DNA of 64,000 nucleotides from Centroscyllium fabricii (lineage: Eukaryota): positions 74,958,001 to 75,022,000 of the forward strand of contig JBNRSN020000013.1 in the NCBI GenBank assembly GCA_051313645.2. Reading direction: 5' to 3'. Numbering within the stretch: the first letter of the stretch is position 1; each line of letters starts with the position of its first letter. Positions 46,960-59,134 of the stretch are shown here, one piece after another. The notes beneath the pieces are model-generated. The model did no database searches. It saw nothing but the letters and a program-made list of their open reading frames with translations, and was not told the origin of the DNA. The position numbers and the translations under genes are program-made.

Positions 46960-48232
46960 GTGGAGGCATCCACAAGAAGCATGGGAGGCCTTTTTTACCT
47001 TCCCTTCTCGGCATTAGAGGATCTCCAGCAGCAGAGGCGCCAGCAGCAGAACCAGGAACAACAACAGCAACAGCCGCACCAGCAACATCAGCAGCAGCAG
47101 GAGCCACAGGCTCCTGCTCACCCTCCGGAGGCAGCACAGGCCAGAGGGGGCCAGCACATGGAAGGCCGTCGGCGCAGGAGATATCCCCCGAACAGAGTCT
47201 ACAGACACAGGGTCAGCTACCTCAACATGACTGAACGGCAGTGCCAAAGGCGGCTCCAACTTTCGCGACAGGTAGTGACTGACATCTGCGCAATGCTATA
47301 GCAAGCCCTGGAGCCCAGAGCACCAGGTAGCCACTCCTTACTAGTGGCCATCAAAGTCACCACCGCACTCAACTTCTTTGCCTCAGGCTCATTCCAGGGA
47401 TCATCAGCAGACATCAGCAGCATTTCCCAGTCAGCTGCACACACTTGCATCATGCAGGTAGCCGATGCCCTCTTTGTCCACGCGCGTAATCACATCCATT
47501 TCACCAGAGATCAAGCAAGTGTGAGGGTGCAATCGATTGGATTTGCTCATCTGGCAGGCTTTCCAAGGGTGCAGGGCATCATTGACTGCACACAGGTGGC
47601 CCTTAGGGCACCCCTCGCACTTCAGGTATTTTTGTCAACTGCAAGGGCTTCCACTCCCTTAACGTTCAACTTGTGATTGACCACAACAAGGAAAGTTTGC
47701 ATATTTGTGCCAAGTACCCTGGCAGTTGCCATGACTCTTTCATACTGCGGCAGTCTACTGTGCCTCCGTTCTTCAGTCCACCAGACGAACATCAGGGATG
47801 GCTACTTGGAGACAAGGACTATCCCCTGAGGACTTGGCTAATGACGCCATTGAGGAGGCCAGCCAATGAAACAGCCACAACTCCAGCCACATTTCCACCA
47901 GATGCATTATCGAGTAAACCATCGGCTTGCTGAAGATGCGATTCAGATGCCTGGGTAGTTCAGGTGGAGCCCTACAGCACTCAGCAGCCAGGGTCTCCAA
48001 AATGGCCGTGGTTTGCTGTGCACTTCACAACATGGCACAGCGTCATGGCTTGCAGATTCCTGAGGACCAACTACCTCCTCGCATACCCTCCTCAGGTGAG
48101 GATGATGATGATGAGGAGGAGGAGGAGGAAAACGAGCATCCTGCAGAGGCCCATCAACCAGCGGCAGCTGTGCGTGAGAACATTGCTGCCCGGGATGCAA
48201 GCAATGCAATTATCCTGGCCAGATTTGCTTAG
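46960..48232 (+). pseudogene. Harbinger (HARBI1-like) transposase of H2
   Basis: [65 protein letters not shown], acidic tail; stops and frameshifts. Confidence 0.92.
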
Positions 48233-49004
48233 CCTTGTGCAGCAAACACTTTAGCCTCTCTGCTTCTTCCCTGAGCATTGACAATGGCCAAACCCTGCGG
48301 ATCCCAAGCTGGTTCACCAGCAGCCTCACAACTGCAAGTAATCCTAAGCCCTCAAAGTGAAAGCGCCATTCGTGAAATTACACACGCCAGAACTGCAACA
48401 GTTGCCATCAGAATTTTTATGTACAAGAAGCAACTGATGGCCTTCACACATTAAACATCAAATTTCACCCAAGTGACTACCCTTGTGACTATTTGTGCTT
48501 TATTTTCCTCTTATGAGTGCTCCTACATAGTGGTTCTCCTGTGGCTTCAGCAGATGTGGAGGCCCCTAGCTCACTTTCCTGCTGCTCCTGTCTCAACAAC
48601 TTTAGCGGACGTCCTCTGGGGTGGCGAGCATGTGAGGGCTCGTCAGCAGTCTGCTGCTCCTGCGGCTGTGCAGGAGTGCAGACGTCTATCTCACCTGGGT
48701 GTGGACTCCGGCGGGGCTCTGACCGAGGGCTTTGCAGTGGCATGGAAGTGTGAGCGCTTGGAGAGGAGCCCCCACTTCCTTGAGGTGTGCCACCAACCTC
48801 CCTCTCTTGGGTCTGCGCCCCCTCAGTGCCTGCAAGTGGCTGGAGAGCACCTTTCTGCACATCAGGTGGGCCATGGGGACCCGAATATGCATTGGCAGTC
48901 CTATTCAGAAGGACCTCCATGAAGGTCTGTATTCTCTGTTCAATAGATGCCCATCGCTCCTCAAGAGATGTCATTCTATTCTGAACACTCACCATGTTTC
49001 CCAA

Positions 49005-52000
49005 TGTGGTGAACCATTTAGTGTAGTTCACACTGTGTTATTATTGTATATAGTTTGTGCTAATAAAGGTGTTCCTTTCTGTAAGGACCTGGACCAGCTG
49101 ACCCCGCCTCCGGGTATGAGTATAAAGGAGGATGCTCCACCCACCTGACTCTCATTCCGGGCGGGACTCATCGCGGACCAGGTCTTGTTCTTAGCGAATA
49201 AAAGCCTTTGATTACGATTCACCAAAGACTGGCGTAATTGATTAGCGCATCAATTTTATTCGCTAAGATTTACAATGGGTGATGAGCCAGGACAGAGCCA
49301 ACAGCCAGCTGCACCAGACACCTGGAGATCGATCCTCAAGCCAAAGACTCTCGACCTCAACCCCCAGGCACCGAACGCTTCGAACGATTGAGCACTGGCT
49401 GAGCTGCTTCGAGTCATTTCTGGTGGTGGCCGGAGTCAGCGATACGCACAGGAGACGGGTCCTAGTCTCCTGCGTCAGTGGCAGGGTCTATGCAATCATC
49501 AAGAATGCCACTGACTATGATGCAGCGTTGGAGCTGCTGAGGGCTCGGTACCTCCAGCCTGTCAACGCCGTCTACGCTCGCCATCTACTCGCCACGCGGA
49601 GGCAACAACCTGGTGAGTCGAACGAGGAGTACCTGGAGGCTCTTCAGGCTCTCGCTCTGCGCTGCGAATGTGCACCCATTAACGCCCAGGAGCACATGGA
49701 CCTCCTCGTCCGCGATGCCTACGTGGCAGGAATCTGATCGGCCCCAGCCCGCCTGCTCGAGCAGGATGATTTGTCCCTGAACCAGGCGGAGAAGCTCTCC
49801 AATGCGGTGGATGGGGCCCTCCGCAGCCTGGATTCGTACACGGGGCACGGCTCCCACGCAGTTTCCCCAGGGCCTTGGGACTCGCGTTTAACGCCCTCGA
49901 CGGCAACCGTGGTGGCCACGGCGCCATCCGGACAGCCAGCGCCCCTGAAATGCCATTTTTGTGGCCAAAAACGCCACCCACGAAGCTCCTGCCCAGCGAA
50001 GTCGGCATCCTGCTCCAGGTGTGGCAAGAAGGGCCACTTTGCGAAGGTCTGCCGATCGGCCCCGGAATCTACTAAGAAAACGGCAGCAGCCTGCGATCTC
50101 TATGCCACAGAGTGGCCTCAGGTACCTAGCGCCCCCCAACAGCGTTTTTCTAAGAAACTATTACCTAACTTGCCTCAGGTGCGGCCTGCCAGCGCCATTT
50201 CCCGCATTCTGCCGTCTTCCTCTTCAGTCGAAACGTGGGCGCCGTCGCCATCTTTGGGGGGCGCGGCCTTCTTTATGCCTGGAACGGCGCGAACGGGTTG
50301 CAGAGGCCCCGCCCCATCACGTGACGCCACCGTCTCCCCACGTCACGTCAGCAGCGGTCCCCCCCCATCACGTGACAAAGACCGAACGGGCGGCAGAGGC
50401 CCCGCCCCATCATGTGACGCCGCCGTCTCACCACATCACGGCAGCAGCGGTTCCCACCCATCACGTGACGCCACCATCTGAACGCGTCACGGCATCAGCG
50501 GTCCCGCCCCATCACGTGACAACGCCATCTTGGTGCAGGACGGCCTGCATACCTACAGCGGAGGGCCCGACACCATCTTTGTATAGGAAGATTTTTAAAG
50601 CACAGGCTGCTGCACCAACTAGCAACTTTAAATTAACCTCAGTGGTCCTAGCAGCTGCAACAGACTACTCCAGACCACTTCAGCATCCGGGCACTGCTGC
50701 TGCGCCGCGAGCCCTTCGGTCTTCCCGACGGCATTCTCGGAGACTCACCCACCGGTCCGAAACACCACCGCGGCCCGCCGCGTGCGAATCACGGGCGCCG
50801 CCAGCAACCGCGGACCCTGCATCGCACAAGGGCCCCAGCGCGCACACCACACTTGCCTCTACGGCCCCGAACCCGTCTCTTACTTTATCAACGATGACCA
50901 CCCGGGTGGAGGGGCACCTCACCCGCTGTCTGTTCGACACTGGGAGTACGGAGAGCTTTATACGCCCTGATACAGTGCGCCGTTATTCCCTCAGGGTTAG
51001 GCCCACGCATCGTAAAATCTCTCTCGCCTCCGAGTCCCAGACTGTGGACGTCATCGGCTGCTGTACAGTCACCATTACCGTGAAGGGGGCGACATACCGC
51101 AACTTACCACTGTACGTCCTCCCACAGCTCTGTGCCCGTGTTGCTTGGCCTGGATTTCCAGTGCCATTTGCAGAGCTTAACGATGGCGTACGGTGGTCCC
51201 CTGCCTCCTCTCACGGTCAGCAGCCGTGACTGCCCTGCCTCACAACCACACTCCTCTTGCGATCTGTCTACCTTGAAGATAGACCCCCCCTTGCTGTTCG
51301 CCAACCTTGACCCTGACTGCAAGCCCATTGCAACCAAGAGTCGGCGATACAGCGCGGGGGACCGCACCTTTATTAAGGCAGAGGTTGCCCGGTTGTTGCG
51401 GGAGGGCATCATCGAGGCCAGTAACAGCCCGTGGCGGGCCCAGGTGGTAGTGGTTAAGTCGGGCAACAAACAGCGCCTGGTCATTGACTATAGTCAGACC
51501 ATTAACCGCTACACTGGGCTCGACGCTTATCCGCTTCCTAGGATAAATGATATGGTCAACCAGATTGCCCAGTATAAGGTCTTCTCCACCATCGACCTTA
51601 AGTCGGCCTATCACCAGCTCCCCATCAGAGCTGAGGACCGTAAATACACTGCCTTTGAGGCAAATGGGCGCCTTTTCACTTCCTCCGGGTCCCCTTTGGG
51701 GTTACCAATGGAGTTTCGGTCTTCCAATGGGAGATGGACCGAATGGTTGACCAGTACCATTTGCAGGCCACATTCCCGTATTTGGACAATGTCACGATCT
51801 GCGGCCATGATCAGCAAGATTACGATGCCAATTTGGACAGGTTTCTCCGTACGGCCCAGCGTCTGAACCTCACTTACAATGAGAATAAGTGTGTTTTCAA
51901 CACTAACCGGTTGGCTATCCTCGGCTACATAATTGAGAACGGGGTCTTCGGTCCTGATCCCGAATGTATGTGCCCCCTTCAGGAGCTGCCTCTGCCGCAC

Positions 52001-55000
52001 TCCCCCAAATCTTTGGTGAGATGCCTGGGGTTTTTCTCGTATTATGCACAATGGGTTCCCCATTATGCTGATAAGGCCCGGCCTCTCCTCAGAGCTACCT
52101 CCTTTCTGCTCCCATTAGAGGCCCAAATTGCATTTTCACATATTAAGCAGGACATCATCAAGGCAACCATGCACGCTATTGATGAGTCTCTCCCCTTCCA
52201 GGTCGAAAGCGACACCTCAGACTTCGCCCTGGCCGCCACCCTCAACCAGGCAGGCAGGCCCATTGCTTTCTTCTCCCATACCCTACAGGGCCCTGAAGTC
52301 CGCCACTCTTCAGTGGAAAAGGAGGCCCAAGCAATCGTGGAAGCAGTGCGCCACTGGCGTCACTATTTGGCCGGTAAGCGTTTTACCCTTCTTACGGAAG
52401 GCCGCAGGTCCTGATGGCATCCCCGGCCGGGCACTCAAAGAATGTGCCGACCAACTGGCTGAAGTCTTCACTGTCATCTTCAACCTGTCACTGGCGAAGG
52501 CAGCTGTCCCTACCTGCTTCAAAACCGCCACCATCATCCCTGTGCCCAAGAAAACGGCCGTGACGTGCCTGAACGACTACCGCCCTGTTGCACTTACACC
52601 CATTATCATGAAGTGTTTCGAGCGGCTGGTCCTGGCCCACATCAAAGCCAGCATCCCCGCCGCCCTGGACCAATACCAGTTCGCCTACCGTGGGAACAGA
52701 TCTACAGAGGATGCTATCACTACGGCTCTTCACTCTGCACTAAACCACCTGGATAGCAAAGATACATATATCAGAATGCTGTTTATTGACTACAGCTCAG
52801 CATTCAACACCATCGTCCCCAGTAAATTGTCTACCAAACTCCTCACCCTCGGCCTGAACACCTCCCTCTGCAACTGGACCCTGGACTTCCTAACCAACAG
52901 ACCACAGTCTGTGAAGTTAGGCAACCTCACCTCCCTCCCCCTTACCCTGAACACGGGGGCCCCACAAGGTTGTGTGCTCAGCCCCCTCCTCTACTCCCTC
53001 TTCACTCACGACTGTGCGGCTGTCCATGGCTCCAACACGATCATCAAGTTCGCGGATGACACCACGGTGGTTGGCCAGATCACCAACAACGACGAGTCAG
53101 CCTACAGGGATGAGATCCAGCGCCTTGTGGGTTGGTGTGCCGACAACAACCTGGCACTGAACACCAAGAAAACCAAGGAGATCATAGTGGACTTCCGGAG
53201 GACTGGAAGCAGAAGACACCCCCCCATCTTCATCCAAGGGGCTGAGGTGGAAAGGGTGTCCAGCTTCAAGTTCCTCGGGGTCCACATCTCGGAAGATCTC
53301 TCCTGGTCACTAAACACCTCCTCTCTGGTTAAGAAGGCCCAACAGCGCCTGTACTTCCTAAGGAAGCTGAAGAAAGCCAGGCTGTCATCCGGCATCCTCT
53401 CCAACTTCTACCGCTGCACAATAGAAAGCATACTGACAAGCTGCATCACTGTCTGGTATGGTAATTGCACTATCTCGGACCGGAAAACCCTGCAGCGGGT
53501 AGTCAAAACTGCCCAACGAATTACCGGTACACAGCTACCGTCAATGGAAAGCATCTACCTCAAATGCTGCTTACGGAGGTCTATGAACATTATTAAAGAC
53601 CCCACACACCCCAGCCACAGTCTGTTCGCCCCCCTGCCCTCCAGGAGACGCTACAGAGCAATTTGCACCCGCACGACTAGATTTCAGAACAGCTTCTTCC
53701 CCAGGGCTGTCAGCCTCCTGAACTCTAAAAATAAACTCCGGTACCTGCACGCCTGATAATGTACTCTACTGTATGCATTTTGCATGTAATTTATTTATTT
53801 TATTTGCACTACTCTCGGGAGAGTCGAGTCTTCGTCTCGTTGTATTGTACTAGTACTCTGCAATGACAATAAAACTTGAATTGAATTGAATTGAATTGAA
53901 TTGAATTGAATTGAATTGAATGTTCCACCATAAACAGAAGGGTAAGATCAAGAATGACAAGATCCTCAGGTGGCGGATCGAACTCTCCGCCTTTGAGTAC
54001 GACATTCTGTACTGGCCAGGGAAGCTTAATGATCCCCCGGACGCCCTGTCCCGAGGATCGTGTGCCAGTGCCCAGTCGGGTAGTCTGAAGACCCTCCACG
54101 CTAATCTCTGCCACCCGGGGGTCACGAGGCTCGCTCACTTCGTCAAATCACGCAATCTCCCTTATTCCATTGCGGAGATCAAGGCGATGACGCAGGAGTG
54201 CCCTGTCTGTGCTGAGTGCAAGCCCCAGTTTTACAGGCCTGACAGGGCGCACCTCATCAAGGCCACCCGCCCATTCGAGCGCCTGAGTGTGGACTTCAAA
54301 GGTCCCCTCCCCTCTACCAATCGTAACTCGTACATCCTCACTGTGGTCGACGAGTTCTCCTGTTTCCCTTTTGCATTCCCATGCACAGATATGACGAGTG
54401 CAACAGTGATAAAGCATTTTATCACGCTATTCGCCATTTTCGGCCTCCCCGGCTTCGTACACAGCGACCGGGGGTCCTCTTTTTGAGCGACGAACTGCGT
54501 CACTTTCTGCTCGCGAGGGGGGTTGCCTCGAGCAGAACGACCAGTTACAACCCCCGGGGGAATGGCCAGGTAGAGCGGTTTAATGGGACCATCTGGAAGG
54601 CCATTTCTCTGGCCCTTCGATCCAAAGGCCTTCCAACCACCCACTGGCAGGAGGTCCTCCAGGATGCGCTCCACGCTACTCATTCCCTTTTGTGTACAGC
54701 TACCGGTTGCACTCCTCACGAGAGACTCTTCTCTTTCCACAGGAAATTGACTTCGGGGACGTCGCTGCCGACGTGGCTTACCAACCTGGGGCCGGTCATG
54801 CTTCGTAGACATGTCCGGGGGCACAAGACGGACCCTCTTGTTGAACGTGTGCGCCTGCTGCATGCCAACCCTCAGTACGCTTACGTGGAGTACCCAGACG
54901 GGCGTGAGGATACCGTCTCAATTAGAGACCTCGCGCCCGCTGGAGACGTTCACGGGGAGTTGTTGGCGGAGCCCTTGCCCTCCCAGGTCGCACTTCCACA

Positions 55001-55578
55001 ACAGGGGCCTACTTTTCATTCACCGCCGCACATTACATCGGGGCCCTTGCCACCTACAATGCACGACAGAGTTCATCACGTTGCTCAACCTCCGGCGGCT
55101 GCTACACCTCCACCAGATCTTCCTGCGTATGAACCTCCTCTTCCACCGGTGGAGTCCCTGTTCACTTGGGGAGCTCCGTCAGCATCTTTTCCGATTGCGA
55201 CTACTCCCGCTTTTTTATGTGAATCGCCATTGCTTCGCAGGTCTTCTCGGACTGTTCGACCTCCTCAAAGACTGATAATGCAGTGCTGATGTTCGCCCCG
55301 CGGGTCTTGTTTTTTTAAGGAAGGGGTGAATGTGGTGAACCATTTAGTGTAGTTCACACTGTGTTATTATTGTATATAGTTTGTGCTAATAAAGTTGTTC
55401 CTTTCTGTAAGGACCTGGACCAGCTGACCCCGCCTCCGGGTATGAGTATAAAGGAGGATGCTCCACCCACCTGACTCTCATTCCGGGCGGGACTCATTGC
55501 AGACCAGGTCTTGTTCTTAGCGAATAAAAGCCTTTGATTACGATTCACCAAAGACTGGCGTAATTGATTAGCGCATCA
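49005..55578 (+). mobile_element. Gypsy LTR retrotransposon G5 (tRNA-PBS-less clade) with frameshifted gag-pol (about 49275-55289)
   Basis: 248-bp LTRs 49005-49252 and 55331-55578 (3 mismatches seen), TSD CCCAA / CCCAT, PPT TTTTTTAAGGAAGGGGTGAA, LFDTGS, YLDN, integrase. Confidence 0.95.
52395..53920 (+). mobile_element. Rex1/Babar LINE, 5'-truncated, inserted in the RNase H of G5; RT frame open to 53756
   Basis: [45 protein letters not shown], and a (TTGAA)9 tail at 53876-53920. Confidence 0.95.
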
Positions 55579-56059
55579 CCCATACCCTGGCAACTAACCT
55601 CCTCCATGGCCATAGCCCTCCTCTCCTCTACCATAGCCCTCCTCTCCTCTACCACAGCCATCCTCTCCTCTACAGCAGCTAGCCTTACCATGGAGGCAGC
55701 AATCATTTCCACATAGGTAGCCATCCTTTCCGTGGTGATGCGTACATGTGCCACTGACTCCACAAAGGCTCTGCTCATGTTCACTATGGATTCCTCCATT
55801 CGCTCCACACTCGCAGCGACCCTGGAGACAAAACCTGCCAGAGACTCCTGCATCTGTTCATGGAGTCCCACCTCTGATCAAGTGGATGGACCCAGAGGCT
55901 GAGGGTCGACATGCAGCTGAGCTGAGCTGGGAGAGTCCTGCACCCTCCGACTAGGACTCTCCACTGCTGTCCCTGTCTTCACATTCTGCTGAGGCTCACT
56001 TGTGAGCTGTGATACACCAGGTGACAACACTGCTCTGTGTGCCAAATCCCAAAGTCAGG

Positions 56060-56937
56060 AGGGAGTAGCCCTGGGAATCCTCAACATTGACTCAGGACCC
56101 CATGAGGTCTCATGGCATCAAGTCAAACATGGGCAAGGAAACCTCCTGCTAATTACCACCTACCGCCCTCCCTCAGCTGATGAATCAGTACTCCTCCATG
56201 TTGAACATCAGTTGGAAGAAGCACTGAGAGTAGCAAGGGCACAAAATGTCCTCTGGGTGGGGGACTTCAATGCCCATCACCAAGAGTGGCTCGATAGCAC
56301 CACAACTGACCGAGCTGGCCGAGTCCTAAAGGACATAGCTGCCAGATTGGGTCTGCGACAGGTGGTAAGGGAACAAACAAGAGGGAAAAACCTACTTGAT
56401 CTCGTCCTCACCAATCTACCTGTTGCAGATGCATCTGTCCATGACAGCATTGGTGGAAGTGAACACCACACAGTCCTTGTGGAGACGAAGTCCCATCTTC
56501 ATGTTGAGGATACCCTCCGCAGTGTTGTGTGGCACTGCCACCGTGCTAAATGGGACAGATTTTGAACAGATCTGGCAACTCAAAACTGAGCATCCATGAG
56601 GCGCTGTGGGCCATCAGCAGCAGCAGAATTGTATTCAACCACAATCTGTAACCTCATGGCCCGGCATATCCCTCACTCTACCATTACCATCAAGCCGGGA
56701 GATCAACCCTGGTTTAACGAAGAGTGCAGGAGAGCATGCCAGGAACAGCACCATGCATACCGAAAAATGAGGTGTCAACCTGGTGAGGCTACAACACAGG
56801 ACTACTTGCATGCCAAACAACAGACACAACATGTGATTGACAGAGCTAAACGATCTCACAACCATCAGATCAAATCAAAGCTCTGCAGTCGTGCCACATC
56901 CAGTCGTGAGTGGTGGTGGACAATTAAACAGTTAACA
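56060..56937 (+). mobile_element. Internal fragment of an APE-endonuclease non-LTR retrotransposon
   Basis: TTYRPPS, VGDFNAHH, TRGKNLLDLVLTN, DQPWFNEEC motifs; clade not assigned. Confidence 0.85.
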
Positions 56938-57617
56938 GTCTCGGGAGTCCCTCATCTCAGCGGCACAGAAAGCAGAATGGCCGTGAACTGTCAAAAGTTT
57001 CAGCATTCCGCTTTCTGTTTTGGGGAGATCTCTAAATCATCCTGAGAGGAAGGAATTAACCTGGAGTACAGATTGTCAGTGTTTGACAGCTGCAAACAGC
57101 TGTCACACGCTGATATTTCATCTGTCAAAAGGCCTTGACAGATGAAATATCAATTTGTGATGTCACCTGTTGCCGGGTGGCCCTTAATTGGCCTACTGAG
57201 CCCGCTGGGCGGGCTGAACAAGCTCAATCAAGTCAAAATCGCGTGGGTTGGCTAGAATTCAATGGAGGTGGGACTCCAACCCTGAAAGTTGTAGTCCCAC
57301 CTCCTACCTGCCTCCTTAATGAAAATCCAGCCCCATGTCTCTATTTATGAAGCCCTGTATCCCATATACTTTTTTACCTGCTTTCTCAACCTGCCCTGCC
57401 ACCTTCAACAATTTCTGCACATCTACCTCCAGGTGTTTCTGTTCATGCACCCCCTTTACAATTGTACCCTTTAGTTTATATTGCCTCTCCTTGTTCTTCC
57501 TACCTAAATGTATCACTTCGCACTTTTCTGTGTTAAATTTAATCTGTCACATGTCCGCCCAATTCACCAGCCTGTCTGTCTTCTTGAAGTCTATCACTGT
57601 CCTCCTCACTATTCATT

Positions 57618-58378
57618 GGCCCCGAAATTTGGGTCGGAGGCTTCCCGCGGGCGCAAGCCCCCGACCTGCACTTACATAGCGTGCCTGCCATTATGCTCTG
57701 GGCCCACGTGGGATTCTGATCCTGGGCTTGCTCCAACTGCCAGCGTGCAGTGCTTGCGTATCCCAGGGGTGCAGTTAGTTCGCAGTGTCCCCTGGGGTCA
57801 TGTGGGCCATGGAGAGCCAATCGTAGCAGAAAATCTCCATTCATAGATTTGACAGGAAGACCTATCAAATCTATGAATAGAGATTGGCCCCAAAACCTAA
57901 GTAAAACTTCAAGTACATTTTTTTTAAAGTCATATTTTTAAAATAACTATAAATTGCATAAATTAACTATTTTAAACAAAAATTAAAATTTTTGAAAAAT
58001 TAATTAAAGTTTTTAACAGGGCTAAAAATAAACTCACCTTTCTTTAAAATATTTTAAAATGATAAACCTGTGGACAAATGTTTTAATTTTACTTAATTAA
58101 CCTGTTACCATGTTAAAAGCAGACCTTGCGCCTGCTTTTTCTGCGCGCAACTGCTAGGGACTTAGCCGCAGTGAAACACCTGTGAAAAAAGTGGAAGTTC
58201 CAGGCATACACGCTGCCTCTCTGGTACACACGTTTGACCTCCGAACCCCTTCCTTCAAGGGAACGGAAGTTCCGGTTTCCAGTGCATTCGCAGTACATTC
58301 ACGAAACCGCCACTTTCGTTGGCTTTACGGATGAGTACAGAGCACGTCCTCACCCGTGGGGACCCGAATTTCTGGCCC
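57618..58378. mobile_element. Harbinger-type MITE inside the long CR1
   Basis: TIRs GGCCCCGAAATTTGGGTC / GACCCGAATTTCTGGCCC and TSD ATT; CR1 resumes on both sides. Confidence 0.9.
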
Positions 58379-59134
58379 ATTGTACTTCCAAGTTTTGTAT
58401 CATCTTCAAATTTTAAAATTGTACCCTGTACTCCCATGTCCAAGTCATTAATATATATCAAGTAAAGCAGTGGTCCTAGTACCGACCCTTGGGGAACACC
58501 ACTGTATACTTTCCTCCAGTCCGAAAAACAACCATTCACCACTACTCTCTTGTTTCCTGTCACGTGGTCAATTTCGTATCCATGCTGCCACTGTCCTTTT
58601 TATTCCATGGGCTTCAACTTTGCTGGCCAGCCTATTATGTGGGACTTTATCAAATGCCTTTTGGAAATCCATGTACACCACGTCAACCGCATTGCCCTCA
58701 TCAATCCTTTTTGTTACCTCATCAAAAAACTCGATCAAGTTAAACACGATTTGCTTTTAACAAATCCATGCTGACTTTCCTTAATTAATCAATACTTGTC
58801 TAAGTAACTGTTAACTTTGTATCTGATTATCATTTCTAAGAGCTTTCCCACTACCAAGATTAAACTGGCTGGCCAGTAGTTGCTGGGTTTATCATTACAC
58901 CCTTTTTTGAATAAGGGTGTAACATTTGCAATTCTCCAGTCCTCTGGCACCACCCCCGTATCTAAGGAGGATTGGAAGATTATGGCCAGTATCTCCGCGA
59001 TTTCCTCCTTAACCTCCCTCACCATCCTCGGATGCATCGCATCTGGTCCTGGTGACTTATCAACAGCCTTTCTAGTACCTCCTCTATAAATTTTTATCTC
59101 ATACAGTATTTTCACTACCTCCTCTTTCACTATG

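Larger units (their letters stand above)
48489..56030 (-). pseudogene. C-terminal exon of the H2 Myb-like gene, split by G5
   Basis: 55579-56030 and 48489-49004 resemble the third Myb exon at 7421-8095 and 61790-62781, ending in basic RSTHKRKIK. Confidence 0.7.
46452..57333. mobile_element. Autonomous-type Harbinger transposon H2 (decayed), inside the long CR1
   Basis: Termini GGGGTCAATTTTC / GAAAATCCAGCCC with flanks AAT / CAT; transposase and convergent Myb-gene C-terminal exon inside. Confidence 0.75.

Noticed and set aside
46960-48232. Domesticated host HARBI1 gene
   Set aside because: It has stops and frameshifts, TIRs and a convergent Myb partner, so it is a transposon copy.
52128-53756. 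Novel 542-aa fusion protein
   Set aside because: The N-terminal part is an off-frame reading of G5 RNase H that happens to join the truncated Rex1 RT.
53876-53920. Satellite, telomere-like or CRISPR-like array
   Set aside because: It is the (TTGAA)n tail of Rex1 and has no spacers.
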